45,272 bases of DNA from an uncultured Bifidobacterium sp. GTDB taxonomy: Bacteria; Actinomycetota; Acidimicrobiia; Acidimicrobiales; Ilumatobacteraceae. Positions 19,930 to 29,392 of this stretch are shown here, one piece after another; the first letter of the stretch is position 1, and every line of letters starts with the position of its first letter. Both the position numbers and the translations under genes were made by a program. A model generated the notes under the pieces. The model worked only from the letters and a program-made list of their open reading frames with translations, made no database searches and was not told where the DNA came from. The stretch is from positions 1-45,272 of the forward strand of contig CAYXRQ010000001.1 in assembly GCA_964466765.1 (NCBI GenBank). Direction: 5' to 3'.

Positions 19930-22101
19930 ATGACTACCGTGGGGGGCGTGAACCCCCGCAGTGCCACCCTGTCCGAAGCCGCGTCGAAGCAGATCCTCGC
20001 CGGGTTCGGCGTGCCCTTCGCGCGGGAGCAGGTTGTGCACAGCGCGGACGAGGCGGCAGAAGCAGCCGCCACTGTCGGGTTCCCCGTGGTGGTCAAGCTG
20101 GGCGGCGACTCCATCGCCCACAAGACCGAACGGGGTCTCGTGCGACTGCGACTGGGCGATGCCGGACAGGTGAGGGCCGCAGCGACGGAACTGCTCGCCA
20201 AGGCCACCCCCGAGGACGGGGAGGTCCACCTGCTGGTTGCCGAGATGGTTTCCGGGTCCAGGGAGCTCATCGCCGGGCTTCTCGTCGACCCCCAGTTCGG
20301 TCCCACCGTGATGCTCGGTATCGGAGGCATCCTCGCGGAGGCGATTGCCGACGTCACCTTCAGGCCCGCACCGGTCTCGGAGCAGCAGGCCCTCGACATG
20401 GTTGACTCGCTCCGGATGCAGAAGATCCTCGGCGAGTTCCGGGGCGAGGGCGCGGTGGACCGGCACTCACTCGCCAGGTGCCTCGTGGGCCTGTCGGAGG
20501 TGGCCGTGTCGCGGCCCGACATTGTGTCGGTGGACATCAACCCCCTCATCGTGAAGGCAGACGGACGGGTCGTCGCCGTGGATGCACTCGTGGAGACGGG
20601 CGAGCGTCCCGCGCTCGGGAGGTCGACGCGGAGGTTCACGGGCGAGCAGTTCGCCGCACTGTTCGAACCGCGCGGCGTCCTGGTGACAGGGGCCTCGACT
20701 CACCCGGGGAAGTTCGGTTTCGTCAGCCTGCACAACATTCTCGCGAGCGGATACGGGGGAGCTGTCTTCGGCACGAACCTCAGCGGGGAGGAGGTTCTCG
20801 GGGTGCGGACCGTCGCCGACATCGACTCACTGCCTGACGGAGAGATCGACCTCGTCTTCGTGTGCACACCTGCGTCCGCAAACCCGGATCTGCTGCGTGC
20901 CTGTGCGCGCAAGGGCATCAAGGCGGCATTCCTCACGTCCGCGGGGTACGGGGAGGCAGGGGACGAGGGACGCGCTCTGGAGGACGATCTCGTCGCGCTC
21001 GCGGACGAGCTCGGCATCCTCATGGCGGGCCCGAACGGGCAGGGCGTGGTGTCCACACCGGCGAGACTCTGTGCGCAGATCGTCGCGCCGTACCCCCCGC
21101 GCGGGGGAATCGGCGTGGCGAGCCAGAGCGGGAACTTCGTGTCCAGCTTCATGAACTACGCGCGCCAGACGGGCGTCGGCATCAGCAGGGCAGTCTCGGC
21201 CGGCAATGCCGCGGCACTCGGCGTCGCCGATCTCGTCGAGTGGTACGGCGTCGACCCGGAGACGAAGGTTTCCCTGGCCTACGTGGAGGGCATCTCCAAC
21301 GGGCGCGACCTGATGGACCGTCTGGGCGCCGTCGCGCGGACGAAGCCGGTCGTGGTCGTGAAGGGCGGCGCAACGGAGAACGGAGCCCGTGCGGCGGCCA
21401 GCCACACAGGTGCACTCGCCGCGAACGACGCCGTGTTCGACGGGGAGTGCCGTGCGCACGGGATCGCGCGCGCATCCACGGTGGAGGAGGCGTACGAGGC
21501 GGCGGCGACCTTCGCCACGCAGCCCCTCCCGAAGGGGCCGAACGTCGTGATCCTGACCACGGCGGGCGGCTGGGGCGTCGTCACGTCGGATGCAATCGCG
21601 CGCGACGGTCAGCTCCGTCTCATGGCACTGCCCGACGACCTCCGTGCGGCGATCGACGGCAAGCTCCCGCCCCGTTGGAGCCGCAACAACCCCGTGGACT
21701 GCGCAGGTGGCGAGACTCGCGACACGATCCCCGAGGTCATGGAGCTCATCGCGTCGCACGACGAGGTGGACGCCGTGATCTACCTGGGACTCGGCATCCA
21801 GGCGAACCAGGCGAGACTGATGAGGGAGGGCCGCTTCTATCCCGACCACGGACTCGAGCGGATCGTCGACTACCACGAGCGCCAGGACGCACGCTTCGCC
21901 GAGGCCGCAGCGGCACTGAGCACGTCGACCGGGAAGCCCATCCTCGTCGCGACCGAACTCGCCACGGCCGACCCGGCGAACCCCGGCGTGAGGGCCGTCG
22001 TTGCCGGCGCGAGGCTGTGCTACCCGTCGGGCAACCGCGCCGTCGCAGCACTCGGGCACCTCTACAGGTATGCAAGGTTCACGGGCGTCGCGGCGCGCTG
22101 A
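19930..22101 (+). CDS. ADP-forming acetate/acyl-CoA ligase family protein (ATP-grasp N-terminal, CoA-binding and ligase-CoA C-terminal)
   Basis: N-terminal ATP-grasp (GFPVVVKL...), CoA-binding Rossmann (VLVTGASTHPGKFG) and the phosphohistidine loop AASHTGALA; 723 aa. Confidence 0.88.
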   Translation: MTTVGGVNPRSATLSEAASKQILAGFGVPFAREQVVHSADEAAEAAATVGFPVVVKLGGDSIAHKTERGLVRLRLGDAGQVRAAATELLAKATPEDGEVHLLVAEMVSGSRELIAGLLVDPQFGPTVMLGIGGILAEAIADVTFRPAPVSEQQALDMVDSLRMQKILGEFRGEGAVDRHSLARCLVGLSEVAVSRPDIVSVDINPLIVKADGRVVAVDALVETGERPALGRSTRRFTGEQFAALFEPRGVLVTGASTHPGKFGFVSLHNILASGYGGAVFGTNLSGEEVLGVRTVADIDSLPDGEIDLVFVCTPASANPDLLRACARKGIKAAFLTSAGYGEAGDEGRALEDDLVALADELGILMAGPNGQGVVSTPARLCAQIVAPYPPRGGIGVASQSGNFVSSFMNYARQTGVGISRAVSAGNAAALGVADLVEWYGVDPETKVSLAYVEGISNGRDLMDRLGAVARTKPVVVVKGGATENGARAAASHTGALAANDAVFDGECRAHGIARASTVEEAYEAAATFATQPLPKGPNVVILTTAGGWGVVTSDAIARDGQLRLMALPDDLRAAIDGKLPPRWSRNNPVDCAGGETRDTIPEVMELIASHDEVDAVIYLGLGIQANQARLMREGRFYPDHGLERIVDYHERQDARFAEAAAALSTSTGKPILVATELATADPANPGVRAVVAGARLCYPSGNRAVAALGHLYRYARFTGVAAR

Positions 22102-23494
22102 GGGCCGGCCGCGTCGTGCAGCCAACCCGCTGCGTGTGGTGTCGTCTTTCGGCGCCGCCGGTGCCGTGTTGCTCGTCGGCGCGTTCTTCTGGTTGACCGC
22201 TCTCGGTGAGCGGACGAGGCCCCTCGTTGCCGCAGCCCAGGCGCCTGCTCCCCGCCAGCCCGTTCTGTCCGCCAGGCGGACACCGGACGTCCTCTCCTTC
22301 GTCACCCGCTCCAGTCGTCTCGGTGCGGGTCTGGCATCCGTGCGGTCCGGACTGCCGAAGGGATCCTGCCTCCGCGTCGACTGGCTGGGGTCAACGATCA
22401 GCTCGGAATCAGCCGCGACACCCCTCGTTCCCGGCAGCACGATGAAGATCGTCGTAGGGGCAGTCGCGATCGACGTGCTCGGGACCGACACGGTGTTCAC
22501 CACCAGGGTCCTGGCCACCAAGAACACCGACGGCACGTATGCGGATCTCTACCTGGTGGGTTCGGGTGACCCCCTCATCGTCCGTCGCGAGTACGTCGCC
22601 ACGGAGAAGTACCAAACCCTCCACCCGACCTCGCTCGAGACCCTCGCGGACTCGGTCCTGGCTGCGGGGGTGACCGCAATAAGCGGAAGGGTGGTCGGCG
22701 TCGACTCGATACTCGACGCAGAGCGCTTCAACGCCGACTGGCCCGCGTCCTTTCACGGCGTGGAGGCCGGCCCGCTCGGCGCACTGATGGCGAACGACGG
22801 CGCCGTTGTGGGGCAGGCGATGAAGCCGGACGACCCCGCGCTGGCGGCGGCGAACGAGTTCGCGGCACTCCTCGCCGCGCGCGGCGTCGGCGCCCCGGGC
22901 GGAACGGCCCACGACGTCGTTCCTGCCGGTGCATCCGAGATCGCCTCGATCAATTCGGCGCCCCTCGCCTCCATCGTCCAGGAGATGCTGGTGAACAGCG
23001 ACAACAACACGGCGGAGATCCTGCTCAAGCAGATCGGGCTGAAGGCGAGCGGCATCGGCTCGACGAAGACCGGTATCGATGCCGTCAACAAGAAGCTCGC
23101 GGAGTGGGGCGTGGCCGGCCAGACCGTACGGGACGGCAGCGGGCTCTCGTCGCTCAACAGGTTGACCTGCGACGGTCTCGTGTCGCTTCTGGATCGTTTC
23201 GGGGACACGCTGCCGCCCCTGCTCGCGGTGGCATCCGAGAGCGGCACCCTGCGCGACATCTTCACGGACACCCCCGCAGAAGGCAGGCTCGTCGCGAAGA
23301 CCGGGACCCTCAGCGGCGTCAAGGCTCTTGCCGGTTACATGCCCGTCGAGGGCGACGTCTCTGTGCGGTTTGCCTTGATCCTGAACAGGGCGGGTGTCGA
23401 CAACCGGTCCGCGTACAGACCGCTGTGGAACCGGCTCGCCGAGGGGCTGTCCGGCGCCAGAAGGACTCCGCACCCGTCGGACCTCGCACCGTGA
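22070..23494 (+). CDS. dacB: D-alanyl-D-alanine carboxypeptidase/endopeptidase (PBP4 family)
   Basis: STMK, SDNN and KTGT boxes. The Arg-rich N-terminus is followed by a hydrophobic signal/anchor (GAAGAVLLVGAFFWL). The ATG at 22070 overlaps the upstream gene by 32 nt, so the start is uncertain. Confidence 0.86.
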   Translation: MQGSRASRRAEGRPRRAANPLRVVSSFGAAGAVLLVGAFFWLTALGERTRPLVAAAQAPAPRQPVLSARRTPDVLSFVTRSSRLGAGLASVRSGLPKGSCLRVDWLGSTISSESAATPLVPGSTMKIVVGAVAIDVLGTDTVFTTRVLATKNTDGTYADLYLVGSGDPLIVRREYVATEKYQTLHPTSLETLADSVLAAGVTAISGRVVGVDSILDAERFNADWPASFHGVEAGPLGALMANDGAVVGQAMKPDDPALAAANEFAALLAARGVGAPGGTAHDVVPAGASEIASINSAPLASIVQEMLVNSDNNTAEILLKQIGLKASGIGSTKTGIDAVNKKLAEWGVAGQTVRDGSGLSSLNRLTCDGLVSLLDRFGDTLPPLLAVASESGTLRDIFTDTPAEGRLVAKTGTLSGVKALAGYMPVEGDVSVRFALILNRAGVDNRSAYRPLWNRLAEGLSGARRTPHPSDLAP

Positions 23495-24162
23495 TTCCCG
23501 TCTTCCCGCTCGGCCACGCATACCTGCCGGGCGAGCATGTCGGGCTGAACGTGTTCGAGCCGCGCTATCTGGAGATGTTCGCGGACATGACGGCTCAAGG
23601 ACTGGATTCCTTCGTCACGGTGCTCATAGAGCGCGGACGCGAGGTCGGGGGCGGGGACAGGCGCTTCACGAACGGAGTCAGCGTGCGCATCATCGACCGC
23701 CAGCCCACCGAGACAGGTCTCGCCGTGGCGGGTGTCGCCACAGGTCCCGTGCGTGTCGTCGCCTGGGGCGATGACGACCCGTACCCGCGTGCCGATGTCG
23801 AGCCGTGCGGTGCCGTGTCCACAGAGCCGGCGGTCCTCCGGGACGCAGCGAGCGCACTCACCGTGCTCGCCCAGACCGTGCGCAGCATGCTCACCCGTCA
23901 CGGGGTCGACGTCGAGGGGGACCGGTTCCCCGGCGGGCAGGGCCTCTCCCTCGTTGCGGGCGGGCATTGGTTCTCCGCCCACGTTCCGGCAGAGGACGTG
24001 GAGCGGGCGTTCTGGATGGTCGCGCGGTGCATCCCGTGCGGGCCCCTCGACAGGCACGCGATGCTCGCCGCGCAGGACATCAGGGAACAGGTGTCCCTCC
24101 TGCGTCGCATCGCGGAGCACACCGACGAGATCCTCTCGTTCCGCACGGGGGACGGGGAGTAG
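23491..24162 (+). CDS. LON N-terminal (substrate-binding, PUA-like) domain protein
   Basis: IPVFPLGHAYLPGEHVGLNVFEPRYLEMF matches the Lon N-domain signature. There is no ATPase or protease domain. The GTG start overlaps the dacB TGA (GTGA). Confidence 0.8.
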   Translation: MIPVFPLGHAYLPGEHVGLNVFEPRYLEMFADMTAQGLDSFVTVLIERGREVGGGDRRFTNGVSVRIIDRQPTETGLAVAGVATGPVRVVAWGDDDPYPRADVEPCGAVSTEPAVLRDAASALTVLAQTVRSMLTRHGVDVEGDRFPGGQGLSLVAGGHWFSAHVPAEDVERAFWMVARCIPCGPLDRHAMLAAQDIREQVSLLRRIAEHTDEILSFRTGDGE

Positions 24163-24194
24163 AGCATCCAGCCGAGTGCCAATAGGCTGACTCC

Positions 24195-24524
24195 ATGGAG
24201 CGCCCGGACTCACCCCGCATGTCGTCTGTCGACCGGGTCACCGACGTGGTCGAATCCGTCAAGGCCTATGCCGTGCAGGAGACCGTCGGGCCGGCCCGCG
24301 GGGCCGCACGGTGGCTCGCGTACGGCACGCTCGCCGCCTTGTTCATGGGCACGGGGGTCGTCTTCCTCGGCCTGGCCGCGCTGCGCCTGTCTCAGGATGC
24401 CGGGGGTGCCGTGCTGGACGGAGCGTGGTCGTTCGTGCACTACCTCGTGGTTGCCGTCGTGCTCTCCGTGACCGTGGCCCTCGCACTCTCCCGCACCTCC
24501 AAGACCTCGCTCGCAAAGGACTGA
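24195..24524 (+). CDS. small membrane protein (two TM spans)
   Basis: 109 aa with hydrophobic spans WLAYGTLAALFMGTGVVFLGLAAL and FVHYLVVAVVLSVTVALAL. First gene of a tightly coupled chain. Confidence 0.6.
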   Translation: MERPDSPRMSSVDRVTDVVESVKAYAVQETVGPARGAARWLAYGTLAALFMGTGVVFLGLAALRLSQDAGGAVLDGAWSFVHYLVVAVVLSVTVALALSRTSKTSLAKD

Positions 24525-24525
24525 C

Positions 24526-24732
24526 ATGGCCGACGAACGCATCACCCGCGACGACCTGGAGAAGAAGTTCCGGGCGCTCCAGGCCGACATCCAGGGCCGC
24601 GCAGAGGACAAGAAGCAGTCGATCGTTGCGGTCGGCGGAGCGGTCGCGACGGTCGTGGTCCTCCTCGCGTACCTGCTCGGCCGCCGTTCGGGGCGCAAGC
24701 GCGCGGGTCGCGTCGAGTTCCGGCGCTTCTGA
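24526..24732 (+). CDS. small tail-anchored membrane protein
   Basis: 68 aa with a charged helix followed by IVAVGGAVATVVVLLAYLL and a basic tail. Starts 1 nt after the upstream stop. Confidence 0.55.
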   Translation: MADERITRDDLEKKFRALQADIQGRAEDKKQSIVAVGGAVATVVVLLAYLLGRRSGRKRAGRVEFRRF

Positions 24733-24932
24733 TGCGCACACTCCTGCGGATCCTCGCGGTCCGCGCCCTGAGGGGAATCGGCTCGCGCAGCAGGCTCGTG
24801 TCGCGGTTGCTGGTGGTTGCCGGCGTCGTCCGCTGGTGGAACTCACGGCCCTCCCGCAGGCGCTGGGTGCAGCTCGGCCCGGATGACACGCTCGTGGTCG
24901 GGGTGGAGCGCGGCCGGGGTGCCCGAACATGA
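24732..24932 (+). CDS. small Arg-rich hypothetical protein
   Basis: 66 aa. The ATG shares a base with the upstream TGA, and its own TGA overlaps the trmI ATG (ATGA). GC3 is about 88%. Confidence 0.45.
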   Translation: MRTLLRILAVRALRGIGSRSRLVSRLLVVAGVVRWWNSRPSRRRWVQLGPDDTLVVGVERGRGART

Positions 24933-25696
24933 GCGGCGCGTTCCGGAGCGGCGAGAAGGCCCTCTTCATCGACTCGAAGAAACGCCGGTACCTCGTCACG
25001 CTGCACGACGAGGGTGAGTTCCACAGTCACGCGGGCTTCGTGCCGCACTCGACCGTGATCGGCGGCAAGCCGGGGGTCTCGGTGGAGTCGACCAAGGGCG
25101 CCCGCTACATCGTGCTGCGTCCCACCCTGGAGGACTTCGTCGTGGAGATGCCGCGTGGTGCGCAGGTGATCTACCCGAAGGACCTGGCCCCCATCTGCAT
25201 GCTCGGGGACATTCACCCCGGGGTGCGGGTGTACGAGACGGGGATCGGCTCCGGTGCGCTCTCCATGACGATGCTCAGGTGGGGCGCTGAGATCACCGGC
25301 GTCGAGCTGCGCGAGGACTTCATGAACCGGGCACGCGCGAACGTGACGTCGTTCCTCGGCGAGGAGGCGATGGACCGCTACCACCTGTCGCTCGGTGACA
25401 GCTACGCCGAGACACCCCCGGGGGAGTTCGACCGGGTGGTGCTGGACCTGCCCGAGCCGTGGCAGGTGGTGCCCCACGCCGAGAAGGTGCTCACGACCGG
25501 GGGGCTCCTGGTCGCCTACACGCCGTCGATCACCCAGGCAGTCCAGACACGCGAGGCGCTGGGAAGGGGTTGGGTCGACCAGCGGACACTGGAGGTCCTG
25601 CACAGGACCTGGCACATCGAGGGGATGTCAGTGCGGCCGGATCACCGCATGGTGGCGCACACCGCGTTCCTCACGGTGGCGCGGTTCATCGGCTGA
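24929..25696 (+). CDS. trmI: tRNA (adenine58-N1)-methyltransferase TrmI (GCD14 family)
   Basis: N-terminal beta-domain (LFIDSKKRRYLVTL), SAM motif VYETGIGSGALS and DRVVLDLPEPW; 255 aa. Confidence 0.9.
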   Translation: MSGAFRSGEKALFIDSKKRRYLVTLHDEGEFHSHAGFVPHSTVIGGKPGVSVESTKGARYIVLRPTLEDFVVEMPRGAQVIYPKDLAPICMLGDIHPGVRVYETGIGSGALSMTMLRWGAEITGVELREDFMNRARANVTSFLGEEAMDRYHLSLGDSYAETPPGEFDRVVLDLPEPWQVVPHAEKVLTTGGLLVAYTPSITQAVQTREALGRGWVDQRTLEVLHRTWHIEGMSVRPDHRMVAHTAFLTVARFIG

Positions 25697-25942
25697 TCAG
25701 GGCTCGATGAAGATGCACTCGCCGGGGCACTCCTCGGCGGACTCGACGACCGCGTCGATGCGGTTGTCGGGGAAGTTCGCGAGACCCTCGGCGCCCTGCT
25801 TGTTGCCCTTCGCCTCGGCGTAGACCGTGCCGCCTTCCTTCACGTAGGCAAGGCCGTCATCGAGGAGAGTGAACACATCCGGTGCAATCTCTTCACAGAG
25901 GCCGTCGCCCGTGCACAGGTCCTGGTCGATCCACACCTTCAT
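25697..25942 (-). CDS. ferredoxin (single-cluster actinobacterial type)
   Basis: 81 aa with the CTGDGLC...CP cysteine pattern. ATG at 25940-25942 with GAAGGGA upstream. Its stop abuts the trmI stop. Confidence 0.88.
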   Translation of the reverse strand: MKVWIDQDLCTGDGLCEEIAPDVFTLLDDGLAYVKEGGTVYAEAKGNKQGAEGLANFPDNRIDAVVESAEECPGECIFIEP

Positions 25943-26085
25943 CTGGTCTGTCCCTTCAATGTCTCGGAAGCGAGGGCACCCGTCACGGGGGCCGGACCCC
26001 TCGGGGGGCCTCGCAGAAGTGTACACAGCACCCCCTGCAGGGACCCGTTCGGCACTCCCGTCCGACTGTGCCACCTGTCAGGCAA

Positions 26086-26091
26086 TAGCCT
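26086..26091 (+). promoter_or_regulatory. candidate -10 hexamer (TAGCCT) for a leaderless arc transcript
   Basis: A TAnnnT hexamer ends 7 nt before the arc GTG at 26099, and there is no Shine-Dalgarno sequence upstream. Inference only. Confidence 0.25.
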
Positions 26092-26098
26092 GCCCTCC

Positions 26099-27793
26099 GT
26101 GACCGACGACGAGCGCACCCTCCTCGAGTCCGAGATCGAACAATTGCGCAAGAGACTCGCGGCCGGGCCGGACCGGTCGAGGGAACTCGAGGCCGCGCTC
26201 CTCCAGGTCAAGGGACAGCTCGCGACCGCGAGCAGCCAGAACGACCGTCTCGCGGACGCACTCCGCGAGGCACGCAGCCAGCTCGAGAGCCTCAGGGCGG
26301 AGGTGGACAAGCTCACGGCGCCGCCCGCGGGGTACGGCGTGCTGCTCGATGTGAACGACGACGACACCGTCGATGTCCTCGTGTCGGGCCGCAAGATGCG
26401 CGTGCACGTGGCCGAGGGAACCGACCCCGTGGATCTCGTCCGCGGCCACGAGGTGCTCCTGAACGAGTCGATGAACGTGGTCATGGTGAGGGGACCCGAG
26501 CGCTCCGGGGACGTCGCGACCGTGGTGGAGGTGCTGGAGGACGGCACGAGGGCCATGGTCAACACGCGGAACGACGACCGGCGGATAGCCACCCTCGCCG
26601 ATTCCCTGCGCGGCACGGTGATACGCAGCGGCGATCTGTACATGTTCGACCCGAAGAGCGGAGTCCTGCTGGAGCGGCTGACGCAGCCCGACGTGGAGGA
26701 CCTGCTGCTCGAGGAGGTCCCCGACGTCACGTACGAGGACATCGGCGGTCTCGACGAGCAGATCGAGCAGATCGCGGATGCAGTCGAACTGCCGTTCCTC
26801 CACCCGGACCTGTTCGCCGACTACCGCCTGCCCGCACCGAAGGGCATCCTGCTCTACGGCCCGCCGGGTTGCGGCAAGACGCTCATCGCGAAGGCCGTGG
26901 CGAACAGCCTCGCGAAGAAGGTCGCCCAGCGGACCGGGGCGGACAAGGCGCGCAGCTACTTCATCAACATCAAGGGCCCGGAGCTCCTGAACAAGTACGT
27001 GGGCGAGACCGAGAGGCAGATCCGCCAGGTCTTCCAGCGCGCACGGGAGAAGAGCGAGGAGGGCTGGCCCGTCATCGTGTTCTTCGACGAGATGGACTCG
27101 ATGTTCCGTGCCAGGGGCACCGGCGTGTCGTCCGACATGGAGTCCACCATCGTGCCCCAGCTGCTCGCCGAACTCGACGGCGTCGAGGGCCTGTCGAACG
27201 TGATGGTCATCGGTGCCACCAACCGCGAGGATCTCATCGACCCGGCGATCCTCCGCCCCGGCCGCCTCGACGTGAAGATCAAGGTGGACCGCCCGAACGA
27301 GAGCGCCGCCCGACAGATCCTCGCCAGGTACCTGGTGGCCGACCTGCCGTACCGCATGGAGGACGGAGTCGACGGCATCGACGCGCTCATCGACCGCACA
27401 GTCGAGGAGATGTACCGCACGGACACCACGACGGAGTTCCTCGAGGTCACCTACCAGAACGGCGACCGCGAGACGCTCTACTTCAAGGACTTCGCCAGCG
27501 GCGCGATGATCGACAACATCGTCAGGCGGGCGAAGAAGACCGCCATCAAGCGCCGTCTCGCCGGTGACGACGGCGGCATCACGCTCGGCGACCTCGTCGG
27601 TTCCATCCGCCAGGAGTTCCACGAGAACGAGGATCTCCCGAACACGACGAACCCCGACGACTGGGCACGCATCTCCGGGCGCAAGGGCGAGCGCATCGTC
27701 TTCATCCGCACCCTCATCCACCAGGACCAGGACACCCCGGCTGTCACGGGCGGCAAGGCGATCGAACGCACCGTCTCCGGCCAGTACCTCTGA
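26099..27793 (+). CDS. arc: proteasome-associated AAA ATPase ARC/Mpa
   Basis: N-terminal coiled coil, Walker A GPPGCGKT, Walker [10 protein letters not shown] and the C-terminal GQYL proteasome-docking motif; 564 aa. Confidence 0.97.
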   Translation: MTDDERTLLESEIEQLRKRLAAGPDRSRELEAALLQVKGQLATASSQNDRLADALREARSQLESLRAEVDKLTAPPAGYGVLLDVNDDDTVDVLVSGRKMRVHVAEGTDPVDLVRGHEVLLNESMNVVMVRGPERSGDVATVVEVLEDGTRAMVNTRNDDRRIATLADSLRGTVIRSGDLYMFDPKSGVLLERLTQPDVEDLLLEEVPDVTYEDIGGLDEQIEQIADAVELPFLHPDLFADYRLPAPKGILLYGPPGCGKTLIAKAVANSLAKKVAQRTGADKARSYFINIKGPELLNKYVGETERQIRQVFQRAREKSEEGWPVIVFFDEMDSMFRARGTGVSSDMESTIVPQLLAELDGVEGLSNVMVIGATNREDLIDPAILRPGRLDVKIKVDRPNESAARQILARYLVADLPYRMEDGVDGIDALIDRTVEEMYRTDTTTEFLEVTYQNGDRETLYFKDFASGAMIDNIVRRAKKTAIKRRLAGDDGGITLGDLVGSIRQEFHENEDLPNTTNPDDWARISGRKGERIVFIRTLIHQDQDTPAVTGGKAIERTVSGQYL

Positions 27794-27795
27794 CC

Positions 27796-29310
27796 ATGGC
27801 AATCCCGAAGGTCTGCGGGATCGAGACCGAGTACGGCATTATCGCGAGGGGCCTGGACATAACCCCGACAGTGGCGTCGTCGCTGCTCGTCAATGCTTTC
27901 AGCGAAGATGGTCTCTCCCTGCGGGTGTGGGACTTCGTCGGCGAGACGCCGCACGTCGACGCACGGGGGGAGTGGGACGCGCGCTCGGAGTACCCCCACG
28001 TGGAGTCCCTCATGGCGAACGCGGTCCTGACCAACGGTGCCCGCTACTACGTCGACCACGCGCACCCGGAGGTCTCCACCCCCGAATGCCTGACCCCCTC
28101 GGAGGCGGTGCTCTACGACAGGGCAGGGGAGCTCATCATCGAGGAGAGCATGCGACGCGCCGCCACGCGCCTGCCCGCGGGCACCGAGCTGGTCGCCTAC
28201 AAGAACAACTCCGACGGCAAGGGGAACAGCTACGGCTGCCACGAGAACTACCTCGTGGCCCGTGATGTCCCGTTCGGGATGCTCGGGCGGTGCATCACCG
28301 CGCACTTCGTCACGCGGCAGGTCTTCTGCGGAGCGGGGAAGGTCGGCGTGGAGCAGCAACGCGAGGCCGAACCCGCCGTCCCGTACCAGATCTCCCAACG
28401 CGCCGACTTCTTCGAGGAGGAGGTCGGCCTGGAGACGACCATCCGGCGCCCGATCGTGAACACACGCGACGAGCCGCATGCCGACCCGCTGCGGTTCAGG
28501 CGCCTCCACGTGATCGCCGGCGACGCCAACATGAGCCAGACGGCCACGTGGCTGAAACTCGGGACGACCGCGCTCGTGCTGTCGATGATCGAGGACGGGA
28601 CGTTCCCCGCGCACCTGGTGCTCGCGGACCCGGTGACGGCTGTGCGCAGGATCAGCCACGACCCGGGACTCCGCCACGCCGTCACCACCGAGGACGGGGC
28701 ACTCCGCACCGCGCTCGACATCCAGTCGGAACTGTGCGCCGCGGCGACGACATGGCTCTCGGGCGTCGACGACGACACCGTGGGGGGCGAGGGCGAGGCG
28801 ATAGTGCGTGAGTGGGCCCGTGTGCTGGACGGACTGGCGACCGACACCCGTCTCGTGCAGGACACAGTCGACTGGGTCGCCAAGCAGCGCCTCGTCGATG
28901 GTTACGCCGCGCGGCACGGGCTCCCGTCCCACGACCCGAGACTCCGGGCCATTGACCTGCAGTACCACGACATGCGGGCCGAGAAGTGCCTGGCGAGACG
29001 GGCCGGGCTGGTCGTCACTGTGGACGACAGGGACGCAGCCAGCGCGGTCTCGGAGCCCCCCGCGACGACGAGGGCATACTTCCGCGGGGAGTGCGTGCGC
29101 AGGTTCCCCGACCGCATCGTGTCGGCCAACTGGGACGGCATCGTGTTCGAGACCCCCGAGGGGCTCGTGCGGGTCCCCATGATGGACCCGCTGAAGGGCA
29201 CACGGGACATGACGGCATCACTGCTCGGGTCCGTCGCGGACGCGGACGCGCTCATCGCGGCACTCGGCGGTTCCGCCACGGAACGCGTGGAGGGCGACCC
29301 GGGCTGGTGA
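27796..29310 (+). CDS. dop: Pup deamidase/depupylase Dop
   Basis: N-terminal CGIETEYG and a carboxylate-amine ligase fold. It is 504 aa, about 50 aa longer than the PafA paralogue, and lies between arc and pup. Confidence 0.92.
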   Translation: MAIPKVCGIETEYGIIARGLDITPTVASSLLVNAFSEDGLSLRVWDFVGETPHVDARGEWDARSEYPHVESLMANAVLTNGARYYVDHAHPEVSTPECLTPSEAVLYDRAGELIIEESMRRAATRLPAGTELVAYKNNSDGKGNSYGCHENYLVARDVPFGMLGRCITAHFVTRQVFCGAGKVGVEQQREAEPAVPYQISQRADFFEEEVGLETTIRRPIVNTRDEPHADPLRFRRLHVIAGDANMSQTATWLKLGTTALVLSMIEDGTFPAHLVLADPVTAVRRISHDPGLRHAVTTEDGALRTALDIQSELCAAATTWLSGVDDDTVGGEGEAIVREWARVLDGLATDTRLVQDTVDWVAKQRLVDGYAARHGLPSHDPRLRAIDLQYHDMRAEKCLARRAGLVVTVDDRDAASAVSEPPATTRAYFRGECVRRFPDRIVSANWDGIVFETPEGLVRVPMMDPLKGTRDMTASLLGSVADADALIAALGGSATERVEGDPGW

Positions 29311-29392
29311 GTGCGGCCCGGAGACGGGTGTGACGGCGGTCAGACCCGGACGGCGGGTCGTCATCGGGACACGGGTTGGGTACGGTTGGGTC

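Noticed and set aside
20827-22536. 569-aa minus-strand ORF opposite the acyl-CoA ligase and the dacB 5' end
   Set aside because: It is a shadow ORF that spans a gene boundary on the other strand, with no motifs and Arg-rich composition.
24195-24524. Holin or prophage remnant
   Set aside because: The two-TM small protein is superficially holin-like. However, there are no phage structural, lysin, integrase or terminase genes anywhere in the window, and it sits in a conserved housekeeping context next to trmI.
26078-28968. Long minus-strand ORFs 26078..27802 (574 aa) and 27478..28968 (496 aa) opposite arc and dop
   Set aside because: The plus strand encodes unmistakable ARC/Mpa and Dop. The antisense translations are Arg/Val/Asp/His-rich with no recognisable domains.
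29330-29392. N-terminal extension of pup from the GTG at 29330 (86-aa version)
   Set aside because: The extra 21 residues (MTAVRPGRRVVIGTRVGYGWV) are unlike the disordered acidic or polar N-termini of Pup. The ATG at 29393 gives the canonical ~64-aa size.
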